From a virus (taxonomy: Duplodnaviria > Caudoviricetes), in the IMG/VR virus record IMGVR_UViG_3300037067_006336, positions 64,001 through 128,000 of that record: a DNA stretch of 64,000 nucleotides; one strand, 5' to 3'. The position numbers were made by a program, and so were the translations under genes. Of this stretch, positions 40,595-49,558 are shown one piece after another (positions within the stretch are counted from its first letter, which is position 1; the number at the start of each line of letters is the position of its first letter). The notes beneath the pieces were generated by a model. It saw only the letters and a list, made by a program, of their open reading frames with translations, was not told where the DNA came from and did no database searches.

Positions 40595-40602
40595 CAGGAT
40601 AT
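40595..40602 (+). promoter_or_regulatory. RCAGGATAT promoter-like motif
   Basis: Immediately after terminator, 34 nt before ATG 40629. Confidence 0.65.
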
Positions 40603-40628
40603 GAAAATAAATTTAAAATTTAGGAATC

Positions 40629-40709
40629 ATGACAACAATCAAGAAAAGAAAATGGGACAAGAAAACCGTTAATCACATCGAAATAAAAAAGTACCGTGAA
40701 TTCCGGTAA
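40629..40709 (+). CDS. 26-aa basic upstream ORF
   Basis: MTTIKKRKWDKKTVNHIEIKKYREFR; in frame with topoisomerase ATG. Confidence 0.35.
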   Translation: MTTIKKRKWDKKTVNHIEIKKYREFR

Positions 40710-40742
40710 AATAGATCATCCAGGTCAAAATATTTAAAATTA

Positions 40743-42674
40743 ATGACTAGAAGATTAAAGAAATCAACCGTAGAGTTGCAGGTGGATTCATCGGGAGAAT
40801 TCCAGTTCAAGTCGGAGATAGACCGTATCCTCGATAGGCCAGGCACCTACATCGGTTCCGTGATAACGGAGATAACTGACCTTATGTTATATGTTCCATC
40901 AACAAACAGCATGCAGTTGTTAAAGGGAAAACAGTTCAATGCAGGTTTACTGAAACTTGTTGACGAGGTGATAACCAACTCAACGGATGAATACAAGAGA
41001 CATGGAGGCATAACAAGGGTAGATGTAACCGTTAACACGGATGGTCACGTGACGGTGCTCGATGACGGTGGGATACCGGTGAAAGTCCACGGGGAATCAG
41101 GTTTACTCAACCCCGAGTTCATTTTCGGGACGATAGGGACATCATCCAATTACGATGATAACGTATCGAGGGAATGGGCAGGGTTGAACGGGCTTGGTGG
41201 CAAGATAGCTAACATATATTCTACGCGTTTCAAGGTAGAGACATGTGACCGCAAGAACAAGGTAACGGTGGATTGGTATGATAACATGAAGCACATAAAC
41301 AAGGATTTGAAAGCGTACAGGTACGGTTTCGACGTGGTACCCAGCGCCGATCATTACACGCTGGTTGATTACAATATCCAGTTATCAAGGTTCGAGCTTG
41401 AAACCATCCCGTTATCCATGTTGAGGGTATTCCAGAAACGTTGCATAACAGCGGCGGCATCTAATCCCGGTCTCACCATCAACTTCAAGAGCGACGCCTT
41501 TGAAGGGAAGCTTGATTCAACGTGGTACTTCAAATCATTCGATGAATTCGTGAGGTTACACGTGACACCCGATCTCATGGAAGGTGCGATCACCTGTAGC
41601 CAGGCTAAATTCAAGGTAGTGTTGATACCGGGTGATACGAACACTGTCGGGATAGTTAACGGCTCAGATTGTCACTCGGGTAGTCATGTTAACAAGATAG
41701 AATCACAAGTTACGAATGCCGTTCTCGATTACTGCAAGAAGAATGATATGCCCCTCATAACCGAGAAGGATATCACGTCCAGGTTCGGGCTTTATATCGA
41801 TGCACGCGTCCCGAAGCCGTCGTACTCCTCCCAGTCTAAAGAGAGGTTGACGATGAAACTAGGTGACTTGCTGAATTTAAACGATAACTTCTTGACCAGC
41901 GTAACCAGTAGCAAACTAGTTGCGTTATTGAAAATATTCTACGAGGTAAAATACGCCGAGGAGAAGAAGAAAGAGATAAACAAGCTCAATAAATTGCTGA
42001 AGGAAACGGTAACTAGGAAGTTGATACCACCTCAAGTTGTGGACCGTGACAGGAACGAGTTATGGTTGTTCGAGGGTGATTCGGCATCCAATGGTTTCAG
42101 GATGAAACGTAACTTGTTCCAGGGGGCGTACTTGTTGAGGGGTAAGATACCTAACACGTTCAACCTGTCAAGGTCACAAGTTACCGAGAACGTTGAACTA
42201 CGAGAGATACTGGCTTACCTTAACCTGAGGTTTAACGACCCGGTTCACAACCTGAAGAACATAAAGGTAAAGAGGATAATACTAGGTACTGACATGGATC
42301 ACGACGGGAACCATATATGCTCGCTACTAGTGGCTTTCATGGGGGTACATTTCCCCGAGGTACTGGCTGCCGGGATGGTGTACCGGGCATTATCACCCAT
42401 CATAATATGCTCGAGGAAGGGGCAACCCAAGATGTACTTCTACGACCTTAAATCATTCGAGCAAGCAAGGGTTCCGGCCTCCTGGGAAATAACATACACC
42501 AAGGGTCTAGGAGGGCTAGAGAACGATGATTACCGCCAGATGTTACGCAACCAGAAACTAATAAGGTTCATCATGAACGACGAGAAGGACGTGGAATCAA
42601 TAAAAGTATGGTTCGACAAGGACACTACCTCCAGGAAGGAATTGATAATGCTCGATGGTAACAAGGATGTTTGA
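40743..42674 (+). CDS. type IIA DNA topoisomerase ATPase+TOPRIM subunit (gp39+60 / GyrB-like)
   Basis: RPGTYIG, EVITNSTD, GLNGLGGK, EGDSA, LRGK, DMDHDG. Confidence 0.93.
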   Translation: MTRRLKKSTVELQVDSSGEFQFKSEIDRILDRPGTYIGSVITEITDLMLYVPSTNSMQLLKGKQFNAGLLKLVDEVITNSTDEYKRHGGITRVDVTVNTDGHVTVLDDGGIPVKVHGESGLLNPEFIFGTIGTSSNYDDNVSREWAGLNGLGGKIANIYSTRFKVETCDRKNKVTVDWYDNMKHINKDLKAYRYGFDVVPSADHYTLVDYNIQLSRFELETIPLSMLRVFQKRCITAAASNPGLTINFKSDAFEGKLDSTWYFKSFDEFVRLHVTPDLMEGAITCSQAKFKVVLIPGDTNTVGIVNGSDCHSGSHVNKIESQVTNAVLDYCKKNDMPLITEKDITSRFGLYIDARVPKPSYSSQSKERLTMKLGDLLNLNDNFLTSVTSSKLVALLKIFYEVKYAEEKKKEINKLNKLLKETVTRKLIPPQVVDRDRNELWLFEGDSASNGFRMKRNLFQGAYLLRGKIPNTFNLSRSQVTENVELREILAYLNLRFNDPVHNLKNIKVKRIILGTDMDHDGNHICSLLVAFMGVHFPEVLAAGMVYRALSPIIICSRKGQPKMYFYDLKSFEQARVPASWEITYTKGLGGLENDDYRQMLRNQKLIRFIMNDEKDVESIKVWFDKDTTSRKELIMLDGNKDV

Positions 42675-42679
42675 TGAAA

Positions 42680-43375
42680 TAAGCATCATGATATCGAACA
42701 TACCGTGTGTTGTATGACTATCATGATTGTTTTGATGTGATATGTTTATGTATGATCATGATAGTCATACAACATGATGCAATGTGTTCATGATGTGTAT
42801 GTGAAAAGTATACACGTTTAATAGAACATGATGACTAATACTATATCAATGGTGTCATGATCATGTTAAACACATCATGAACATCTCAAACATACACTCA
42901 TTGGAATCATGTTCATGATAAGAATACACATATTAAGTACATCATGATCATCTTAAGCATATACATATCAAGCATATCATGAACATAGAAGCATACACGT
43001 TGAATTGATCATGATGAGTAATACTATACAAGGGTATCATGATCATGTTAAGCATATACACATAAAGTACATCATGATCATGTTATACACATTATCGAAT
43101 ACATCATGAACATCTTAAGCATATACATATTAAGTAGATCATGATCATATTAAGTATACACGTTGATAGAGAATATTGAGCAATAATATATCAAGGGTAT
43201 CATGATAATGTTAAGCATATAACACATAAAATACATCATGATCATGATATACACATTATCGAATACATTATGATGATATCCTTTTAACAGCATATGATGT
43301 TATAATGCATATTTGATAACTCATGATAATGTACACAACATGTTGAGTTAGGTTATCAATTATATCATGATGTTT
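42680..43375. repeat. non-coding TCATGA-cored repeat array with higher-order repeats and a 20-bp inverted repeat
   Basis: 19 exact TCATGA, mostly 28-38 bp apart; ~82-bp near-duplicate at 43029/43192; perfect IR 42708-42727/42755-42774. Confidence 0.9.
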
Positions 43376-43413
43376 TGATAGAAACGTAGTCAAAACACTT
43401 ATGGACAATCTTA

Positions 43414-43421
43414 CAGGATAT
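43414..43421 (+). promoter_or_regulatory. RCAGGATAT promoter-like motif
   Basis: 28 nt upstream of ATG 43442. Confidence 0.65.
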
Positions 43422-43441
43422 AAAAACTAAATAAACATACC

Positions 43442-44302
43442 ATGAAGTTACTAGCATTCACTTACAATGAACCTGTTTACTCGTTAAAGTTACTCGATAC
43501 TGTAAAACATCAATCACATTCTTTCGTGTTTGACAGCAACCATACCGTTTCAAAACATAACCAGGATAATTACAAGGATTTATTCGAAATATTAAGCAGT
43601 ACACCTGGAAAAACATCACTAGTTCATGATATGTGTCAGCACGGATATCGTGAAACTTTAACGTTGAAAACCTTTCTTAAATTAACGTTACCTAAATTAG
43701 AGGATTTATTTAATATCAACGAGAAAGTAACCATAAACGTTCATGAGGGTATTTTATATCATGTCGGAAACATAATAGACGTATCCAATTTTTACTTTTT
43801 ACATGGTTACGAAGATATTAACGAGGCATGGAAAGGGTTCGGTTTCAAGGAAGGATTGCACACAAATGATGTAATCCACGCTATGTGTTTGATGATGTTA
43901 GGCTCGTATGTTACCCGATACAAGAGTAATAATATTCCTTCACCAATCCAAACCAACCCACAAACATCACTTGTCGATACATTTCGTTCCAAACTAGCAT
44001 CGAAACAACCAAACCCTGATATATTCGATCACCATACTGTGTTAGCTTTCGGGAAATACAAAGGTAAAAAGATTTCAAGTATGATTGAAAATGATCCTGG
44101 GTATGTTGTTTACCTATCTGGTCACATGTTGAATTTCACCTTGGACGAGTATGTATTGAACTTCGCCAGGTTGTTGATAGAAGAGAGAAAGCAACACCTG
44201 AAAAGCATGTCCGACAGAATATCAATGGGTAAACATACCGGTAAGACATTCCAGGAGTTGAAAGATAACGAACCCGGGTACTTCTCGTGGTTGATCAAAT
44301 GA
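43442..44302 (+). CDS. protein with two DUF3820/ExoX-C-terminal-like (FGKYKG...DPGY) repeats; probably extends to 44502 across two +1 lesions
   Basis: FGKYKGKKISSMIENDPGYVVYL and MGKHTGKTFQELKDNEPGYFSWL. Confidence 0.6.
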   Translation: MKLLAFTYNEPVYSLKLLDTVKHQSHSFVFDSNHTVSKHNQDNYKDLFEILSSTPGKTSLVHDMCQHGYRETLTLKTFLKLTLPKLEDLFNINEKVTINVHEGILYHVGNIIDVSNFYFLHGYEDINEAWKGFGFKEGLHTNDVIHAMCLMMLGSYVTRYKSNNIPSPIQTNPQTSLVDTFRSKLASKQPNPDIFDHHTVLAFGKYKGKKISSMIENDPGYVVYLSGHMLNFTLDEYVLNFARLLIEERKQHLKSMSDRISMGKHTGKTFQELKDNEPGYFSWLIK

Positions 44303-44506
44303 GGGGGTGGTTGTTTTCGAATTTGATCCAGGTGTGGTAAAGATTCCATATCAAAACGATAAAGGAAACCATGGAGATGATTTAGATGATATTTCAGGAT
44401 TCAATAATATTATTTTAAGCTGATGATAAAACATGCACCAGACCACGTGTTATTCAGGGATGGAGAGAATACATAAAGAACACTATCAAGGAAAATAAAT
44501 GATAAC

Positions 44507-45223
44507 ATGAGGAAATTAAAGAAAGAAGAATTCAACGGGAAGGAAGATATACCTGGGTTAACCAGGATCATAACCGGCATTACCAAGAAGTACAGGGGGA
44601 AAATATCCAGGTTAATACTCTCTGATATAGAGGATGACCTGGTTGAATTTCATGACAGGATAAGATTCGATGTGGTGGAAGACGGTGATGTCGTGATAAT
44701 AACCCACCAGGATGATGAACGTGTCTTCATCGTGAAGAATAACAATTTGACGTTGAGAACAATTGTTAAAATGTATTCTGACAAATTCAACATGAGCAGG
44801 TACGAGGGGTTCATGACTCAGGACATTAAAAATATCCATGATGATAAACCAGTAAAGATCAAGAAAATCACGGGTAACCTCGATAATTTAAGGGAAGTGT
44901 TTATACAGGTTGATTCAATGTTGAAGGGGAGACCGATATCGATCAGTTTATTACATAATACATTACACGAGTTCTACGATCCAAACAAGTACGTCATATT
45001 TATTAACCAGCTTTGCAAGGTAGACGATAACCACTTATACGGCGTTGATATCATATCGTTGAAAAAAGGGGAAAACATCATTGTTAACGTGTCATTCGGT
45101 AACATCACGACAAACTTACCGAAGTTGTATTTGAAAGACCTTGATATAAAAGAATTCATGCAGGTAGAGAACGGGGTGGTAAAGGTGTATGACAGGATAT
45201 ACAGGGAGGTAAAAAGTAAATAA
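44507..45223 (+). CDS. hypothetical protein
   Basis: 238-aa ORF. Confidence 0.6.
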   Translation: MRKLKKEEFNGKEDIPGLTRIITGITKKYRGKISRLILSDIEDDLVEFHDRIRFDVVEDGDVVIITHQDDERVFIVKNNNLTLRTIVKMYSDKFNMSRYEGFMTQDIKNIHDDKPVKIKKITGNLDNLREVFIQVDSMLKGRPISISLLHNTLHEFYDPNKYVIFINQLCKVDDNHLYGVDIISLKKGENIIVNVSFGNITTNLPKLYLKDLDIKEFMQVENGVVKVYDRIYREVKSK

Positions 45224-45225
45224 TC

Positions 45226-45876
45226 ATGGAAATACTATCTAAGTTCATCGCGTATTGGAAATCACGGAAACTATTACGCTCGTTACGGGTGCTGGCATCA
45301 ACGAGCATGCACCACGATTCCTTCCTGTCCAGCAATGCCAGGACGATATCATTCAAGGATTGTTGCAAGTTACTGGGAAGGATTCATGACACGAGTGTCA
45401 GGGGTAAATTTACCCACCTGGTATCATCTAGTCCAGGTTCTTTCTACCCCGTTTCAAGGAGGATTGTTTTTAACGTTGAACACGGTAACTCATCAAGCTT
45501 GTTCGATGGTTTGAACCTAACCAATATGAAAGAAATAATACCTTTCTCCGGGTTAGAACCACACGTGTTCGACGGTTTCATATTGTTTTACACCGACACG
45601 TTCATAGACTCGAGGGCATATTGCACCATGGAGGTAACATGGAGTGATGGTTCCAATAATATTACGACATGGGTAGAGAGTTACTTCAACCTTGTTAACG
45701 CGGATTACCACCTGTCAGTTGATATGACGAAGAGGATGGAGAACTTCAACAACTTCATACAGACGCTTTGTGCTGATCACTCCAGGAATATCATTAACAC
45801 GTCAAAGTGGTCTAACATCCAGTCAACCATGAAACCAGTATCAGTAACGATAAAGTTAATCCATGAAGATATTTAG
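45226..45876 (+). CDS. hypothetical protein
   Basis: 216-aa ORF; CAGGATAT at 45193, 33 nt upstream. Confidence 0.6.
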   Translation: MEILSKFIAYWKSRKLLRSLRVLASTSMHHDSFLSSNARTISFKDCCKLLGRIHDTSVRGKFTHLVSSSPGSFYPVSRRIVFNVEHGNSSSLFDGLNLTNMKEIIPFSGLEPHVFDGFILFYTDTFIDSRAYCTMEVTWSDGSNNITTWVESYFNLVNADYHLSVDMTKRMENFNNFIQTLCADHSRNIINTSKWSNIQSTMKPVSVTIKLIHEDI

Positions 45877-46371
45877 CAAGATTTCCAGTCACTTTAAAAG
45901 GAAGAGACTAGAAAGTAAATTATTAGTTTTGATAGGTTCACTTGAACTAGGTTGGGAACTAACACTACATAATTTGTGCTGGTTCATTGATGATTTTTAC
46001 CGTGATAATAAAGATGCTACCAGGTTGGATGAAGTTACCAATGCTGAATTTGCTGAATTTGAAAAATCTTATCATCGTGTACACCTTTAATAAAAAGAAT
46101 GGGCGTGGATAATTATTTAGATTGTATGTTATTCAAATTCAAAATAATGAAAAAGATAATAAAAAAGGTATTATACAAGTATGCTATTGATCGTGTAAGT
46201 TACCGGTCGAAAATAAATTTATCAAGGATAAGCCGGTTAATGGCTAAAAAGGTTGTTTCTATTGATCTATTACCTGTTATAGGGATTGAACACCCATACG
46301 TAACCATCAGTTACCTTGATGCGATTTATAAAAATAAGCATTTTACCCCGTCAAAAAAATATCTTAAATGA
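45863..46371 (+). pseudogene. hypothetical gene split by a -1 lesion in an A run
   Basis: Adding one A at 46062-46066 joins 45863-46090 to 46099-46371 (EFEKILSSCTPLIKRMGVDNY). Confidence 0.45.
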
Positions 46372-46718
46372 CAAAACATTGTTTAAATATGGAATCTGTT
46401 CAAGACAACCCCAATACAGGTGTCATAAGTGGGATTAATCACGGGTTAAAAATTGAAATTGTTTCCATCAATGATAAAATATCTATACATTTCATGCATG
46501 TACCTGAAGGATTTAATATCATGAACCTGACATACGAACACCATCAAACCAAGGTTATCGGGAAGTTGAAGCAATTTAACCGCGTGAAACTACTTGAAAA
46601 ATGGAAAGAAAACAACGGTAACCTGGTAGAAATATTCACGGGGATCCTACGGGAGAGAGGGTGGGACTTTAATAAATTCCCTAACCCGGTTGCCTATGCT
46701 GTTTATTATCATGGTTAA
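46368..46718 (+). CDS. hypothetical protein
   Basis: ATGA-type overlap with upstream ORF. Confidence 0.5.
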   Translation: MTKHCLNMESVQDNPNTGVISGINHGLKIEIVSINDKISIHFMHVPEGFNIMNLTYEHHQTKVIGKLKQFNRVKLLEKWKENNGNLVEIFTGILRERGWDFNKFPNPVAYAVYYHG

Positions 46719-46764
46719 AACCATATGCGAAAACGGTATTAAGTTATGTTAATAAAATTTAATA

Positions 46765-48189
46765 ATGGCTAAGAAAGATAATAAAACACCATCCCCCATC
46801 AACGGAGACACGTGCGAGGTGGTGGATAAAAACGTCCGATCATTCCTGGGTAACGAGCTGCTATCATACTCGAAATACGTCATCGAGACCAGGACTATGC
46901 CATCCATCATGGACGGTTTACGAATAGGTGCCAGGAAGATAACATGGGCGGCGATGACCGGTGACCTGAAATCAGCAAGCAAGGTAAAGATGATGTCTTT
47001 GATAGGTGATACGTTCAAGCTGGAGTACCACCACGGGGATTCATCCCTGCTCAACACCGTGATACAACTGGGATCAACCCACCTTAACAGGTTCGCACCA
47101 CTAGAGATAATAGGGCAGATAGGGTCGTTGAGAAACCCCGAATGCAAGACAGCCCCCAGGTACATGCACGTTAGGAAATCACCCTTCATGGAGATATTGA
47201 GAACCGACATGGAACTGCTCGAGATAAAGGTGGAGGAAGGCATAAAGACGGAACCAAGGTTCTTCTTGCCGGTGATACCCATGACGCTGGTGTGGCGCAC
47301 GAGTTCCCCGGGGTTCGGGTTCGGTTTCCGGGTGTTCTCGTACTCGTTCGATAACATCATTGACAATTGTATCACGTCCATACTAGAGGGTAAGTGTGAC
47401 ACCCCTGATAATATGAGTTTGATGAAACCACAGGTTGAAGAGATAAAGGATCACAACATGATCTACAATCAATCCAGGGATTCTTGGTACAACGTGGGGG
47501 AATCTAATATTGAAGGTGACATGTTGATCGTCACTGATCTCCCGTACGATGTATCTTTCCAGTCATACGAGGAACACCTTAACACGCTGGTAGATGAGAA
47601 TTACATCGAGTCTTTCCAGGACTTGTCCAGCGATAACAAGATACGGTACATCATCAAGTTCTCGCAGGGTAGGTTGAAGGTACTGGAACGTGACAAGTGG
47701 AGTTTCTACAAGAAGATGTTGTTGTACGTTAAGGTTACCAGGGACACGTTGAACTGTCTTGATTCAGACGGGAAGACAATACTACACTTCGATAACCCGT
47801 ACCAGTTAATAGATGCATTCGTCAAGCGCAGGATCGTGTACTATTCCATGAGGAAGGATAAAACTATCAAACACCTGGAGAACATGATAGACAATACCAG
47901 GCACACCATCAAGTTCATCAAGCTTGTTAATGATGGTTCAATCGTGATATCCCGCCGAAAGGTAGAGGATATAAAGGTAGATCTCGACAAGTACTCGTTG
48001 CCACATGAATTACTGGATATTAACGTCTCAAAGCTATCACTGGATGGTATAACAACACTCGAGACACTGGTTTCAACATCGATTGAGAAGCTCGAGTACA
48101 TACAAGGAACGCCGGTAAAAGAAATGTACATATCAGATTTGATCGACATCAAGAAGAAATATTCCGGTATCGAGGTTTTTGAATCATAA
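46765..48189 (+). CDS. type IIA DNA topoisomerase breakage-reunion subunit (gp52 / GyrA-like)
   Basis: RTMPSIMDGL...RKI, YHHGDSSL, APRY catalytic Tyr. Confidence 0.92.
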   Translation: MAKKDNKTPSPINGDTCEVVDKNVRSFLGNELLSYSKYVIETRTMPSIMDGLRIGARKITWAAMTGDLKSASKVKMMSLIGDTFKLEYHHGDSSLLNTVIQLGSTHLNRFAPLEIIGQIGSLRNPECKTAPRYMHVRKSPFMEILRTDMELLEIKVEEGIKTEPRFFLPVIPMTLVWRTSSPGFGFGFRVFSYSFDNIIDNCITSILEGKCDTPDNMSLMKPQVEEIKDHNMIYNQSRDSWYNVGESNIEGDMLIVTDLPYDVSFQSYEEHLNTLVDENYIESFQDLSSDNKIRYIIKFSQGRLKVLERDKWSFYKKMLLYVKVTRDTLNCLDSDGKTILHFDNPYQLIDAFVKRRIVYYSMRKDKTIKHLENMIDNTRHTIKFIKLVNDGSIVISRRKVEDIKVDLDKYSLPHELLDINVSKLSLDGITTLETLVSTSIEKLEYIQGTPVKEMYISDLIDIKKKYSGIEVFES

Positions 48190-48200
48190 AAATTATTTTG

Positions 48201-49514
48201 ATGGGGACACGTGTTTTCAGGTTGAACGAGTTCGTCTTACTAGAGTTGAACGACGCGAACGATGATGTTGATTTTTACAAGGTAATGAACGAGGTGGATG
48301 GTAACGTTCCCCAGTTCGAACCTGTCAGCTCTGATTTCAACAAGATCATATGGGATAACGGTGTTTACAAGCACAGGTTGAACAAGGTTTACACAAATGC
48401 TGGTTTGTACGTCCCCGGGCAATTAACGGGGCGTGTAAACAGCGTGGAATATTCCAACGCCAGGTTCCTCTTGAAACAGGGGTTCTCCTTTGACGACGTG
48501 TTCGGCTTGCACTTCATCATCAAGGATGTTACCAGTAACACCGTCTTGACATCATGCCTTAGACAGGTGCTTGATTTCAGCGTCCCTGCAACACCGTACT
48601 TCAACGGTGCCGACCAGTTCACGGCCGAGACCACCATCATGATACCGCTATCATCAAACGTGCTGGTGGCACAGGTCACGACGGTGACGAACGATGATAT
48701 ATCAGATTCAGGTAGCAACATCGGGCTAGTGTACAATTACCCGTACGAGTTCGTTCCTCTCATCGAGGATAAACCAGTACCGGACTTCATAGTTAGCAGC
48801 CTTTCACTGGATGATAACCATTACATCAGGGTACAAGTATCAACAACCGAGAACAAGACCGTGGAACAATCGGTGCTAGATTACTTCGGGCTGGAGATAG
48901 CTGATATCAATGTTACACACGTCATAGATTACGGTAACGAGGAACTTGGATACAAGTCGTTGAGGGTATCTAACGAGGATAACAGGTATCTTCCCGTCAA
49001 CGTGGGGTTGAACCTGCTGGAATTCGGTAATTCCATGATAACCATAACATCTACCACGGAGATAGAGGTTGACGGGAAATTGATGAAAAGACAAGCCACC
49101 TTGAACACTGATTTATCGGTTATCAACCCGTACCTGGTGTCCTTGATAACACATCCTGACACGTTGTACCCTGTTGAAGTGAACAACTCCACGATCGTGC
49201 AGAACACCATAATAGAGACCAGGGAACAGAGGGAAATCATAAAGGTGTTGCAACCTGTATTCGCCGAGATGATTAATGACTCCTTCAAGTTCGAGAGGAA
49301 GAACATATACTTCGACCGTCTAACGTCGGCATCCTACCTCAGGATAATAAAGGATGACAAGAATGACGAACAACTAATCGCATCGCAAATTACCGTGGAT
49401 AACAGGTATTACTTTGACCTGTCACAAGCCACGCCCGTGGTTGCGAACGGCTCGTACCAGTTACTAGACATGAACACCTTGAAGGTATTCGGGTCGGGAA
49501 CCTTTACCGTGTAA
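48201..49514 (+). CDS. hypothetical (possibly structural) protein
   Basis: Beta-rich acidic 437-aa ORF. Confidence 0.6.
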   Translation: MGTRVFRLNEFVLLELNDANDDVDFYKVMNEVDGNVPQFEPVSSDFNKIIWDNGVYKHRLNKVYTNAGLYVPGQLTGRVNSVEYSNARFLLKQGFSFDDVFGLHFIIKDVTSNTVLTSCLRQVLDFSVPATPYFNGADQFTAETTIMIPLSSNVLVAQVTTVTNDDISDSGSNIGLVYNYPYEFVPLIEDKPVPDFIVSSLSLDDNHYIRVQVSTTENKTVEQSVLDYFGLEIADINVTHVIDYGNEELGYKSLRVSNEDNRYLPVNVGLNLLEFGNSMITITSTTEIEVDGKLMKRQATLNTDLSVINPYLVSLITHPDTLYPVEVNNSTIVQNTIIETREQREIIKVLQPVFAEMINDSFKFERKNIYFDRLTSASYLRIIKDDKNDEQLIASQITVDNRYYFDLSQATPVVANGSYQLLDMNTLKVFGSGTFTV

Positions 49515-49516
49515 CG

Positions 49517-49524
49517 CAGGATAT
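49517..49524 (+). promoter_or_regulatory. RCAGGATAT promoter-like motif
   Basis: Intergenic, upstream of primase-helicase. Confidence 0.65.
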
Positions 49525-49558
49525 CACATAATATATTAATAATCTAACATAATGTTTC

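Noticed and set aside
42680-43375. CRISPR array
   Set aside because: The constant core is only 6-11 bp, the intervening sequences are themselves repeats rather than unique spacers, and no cas genes are present.
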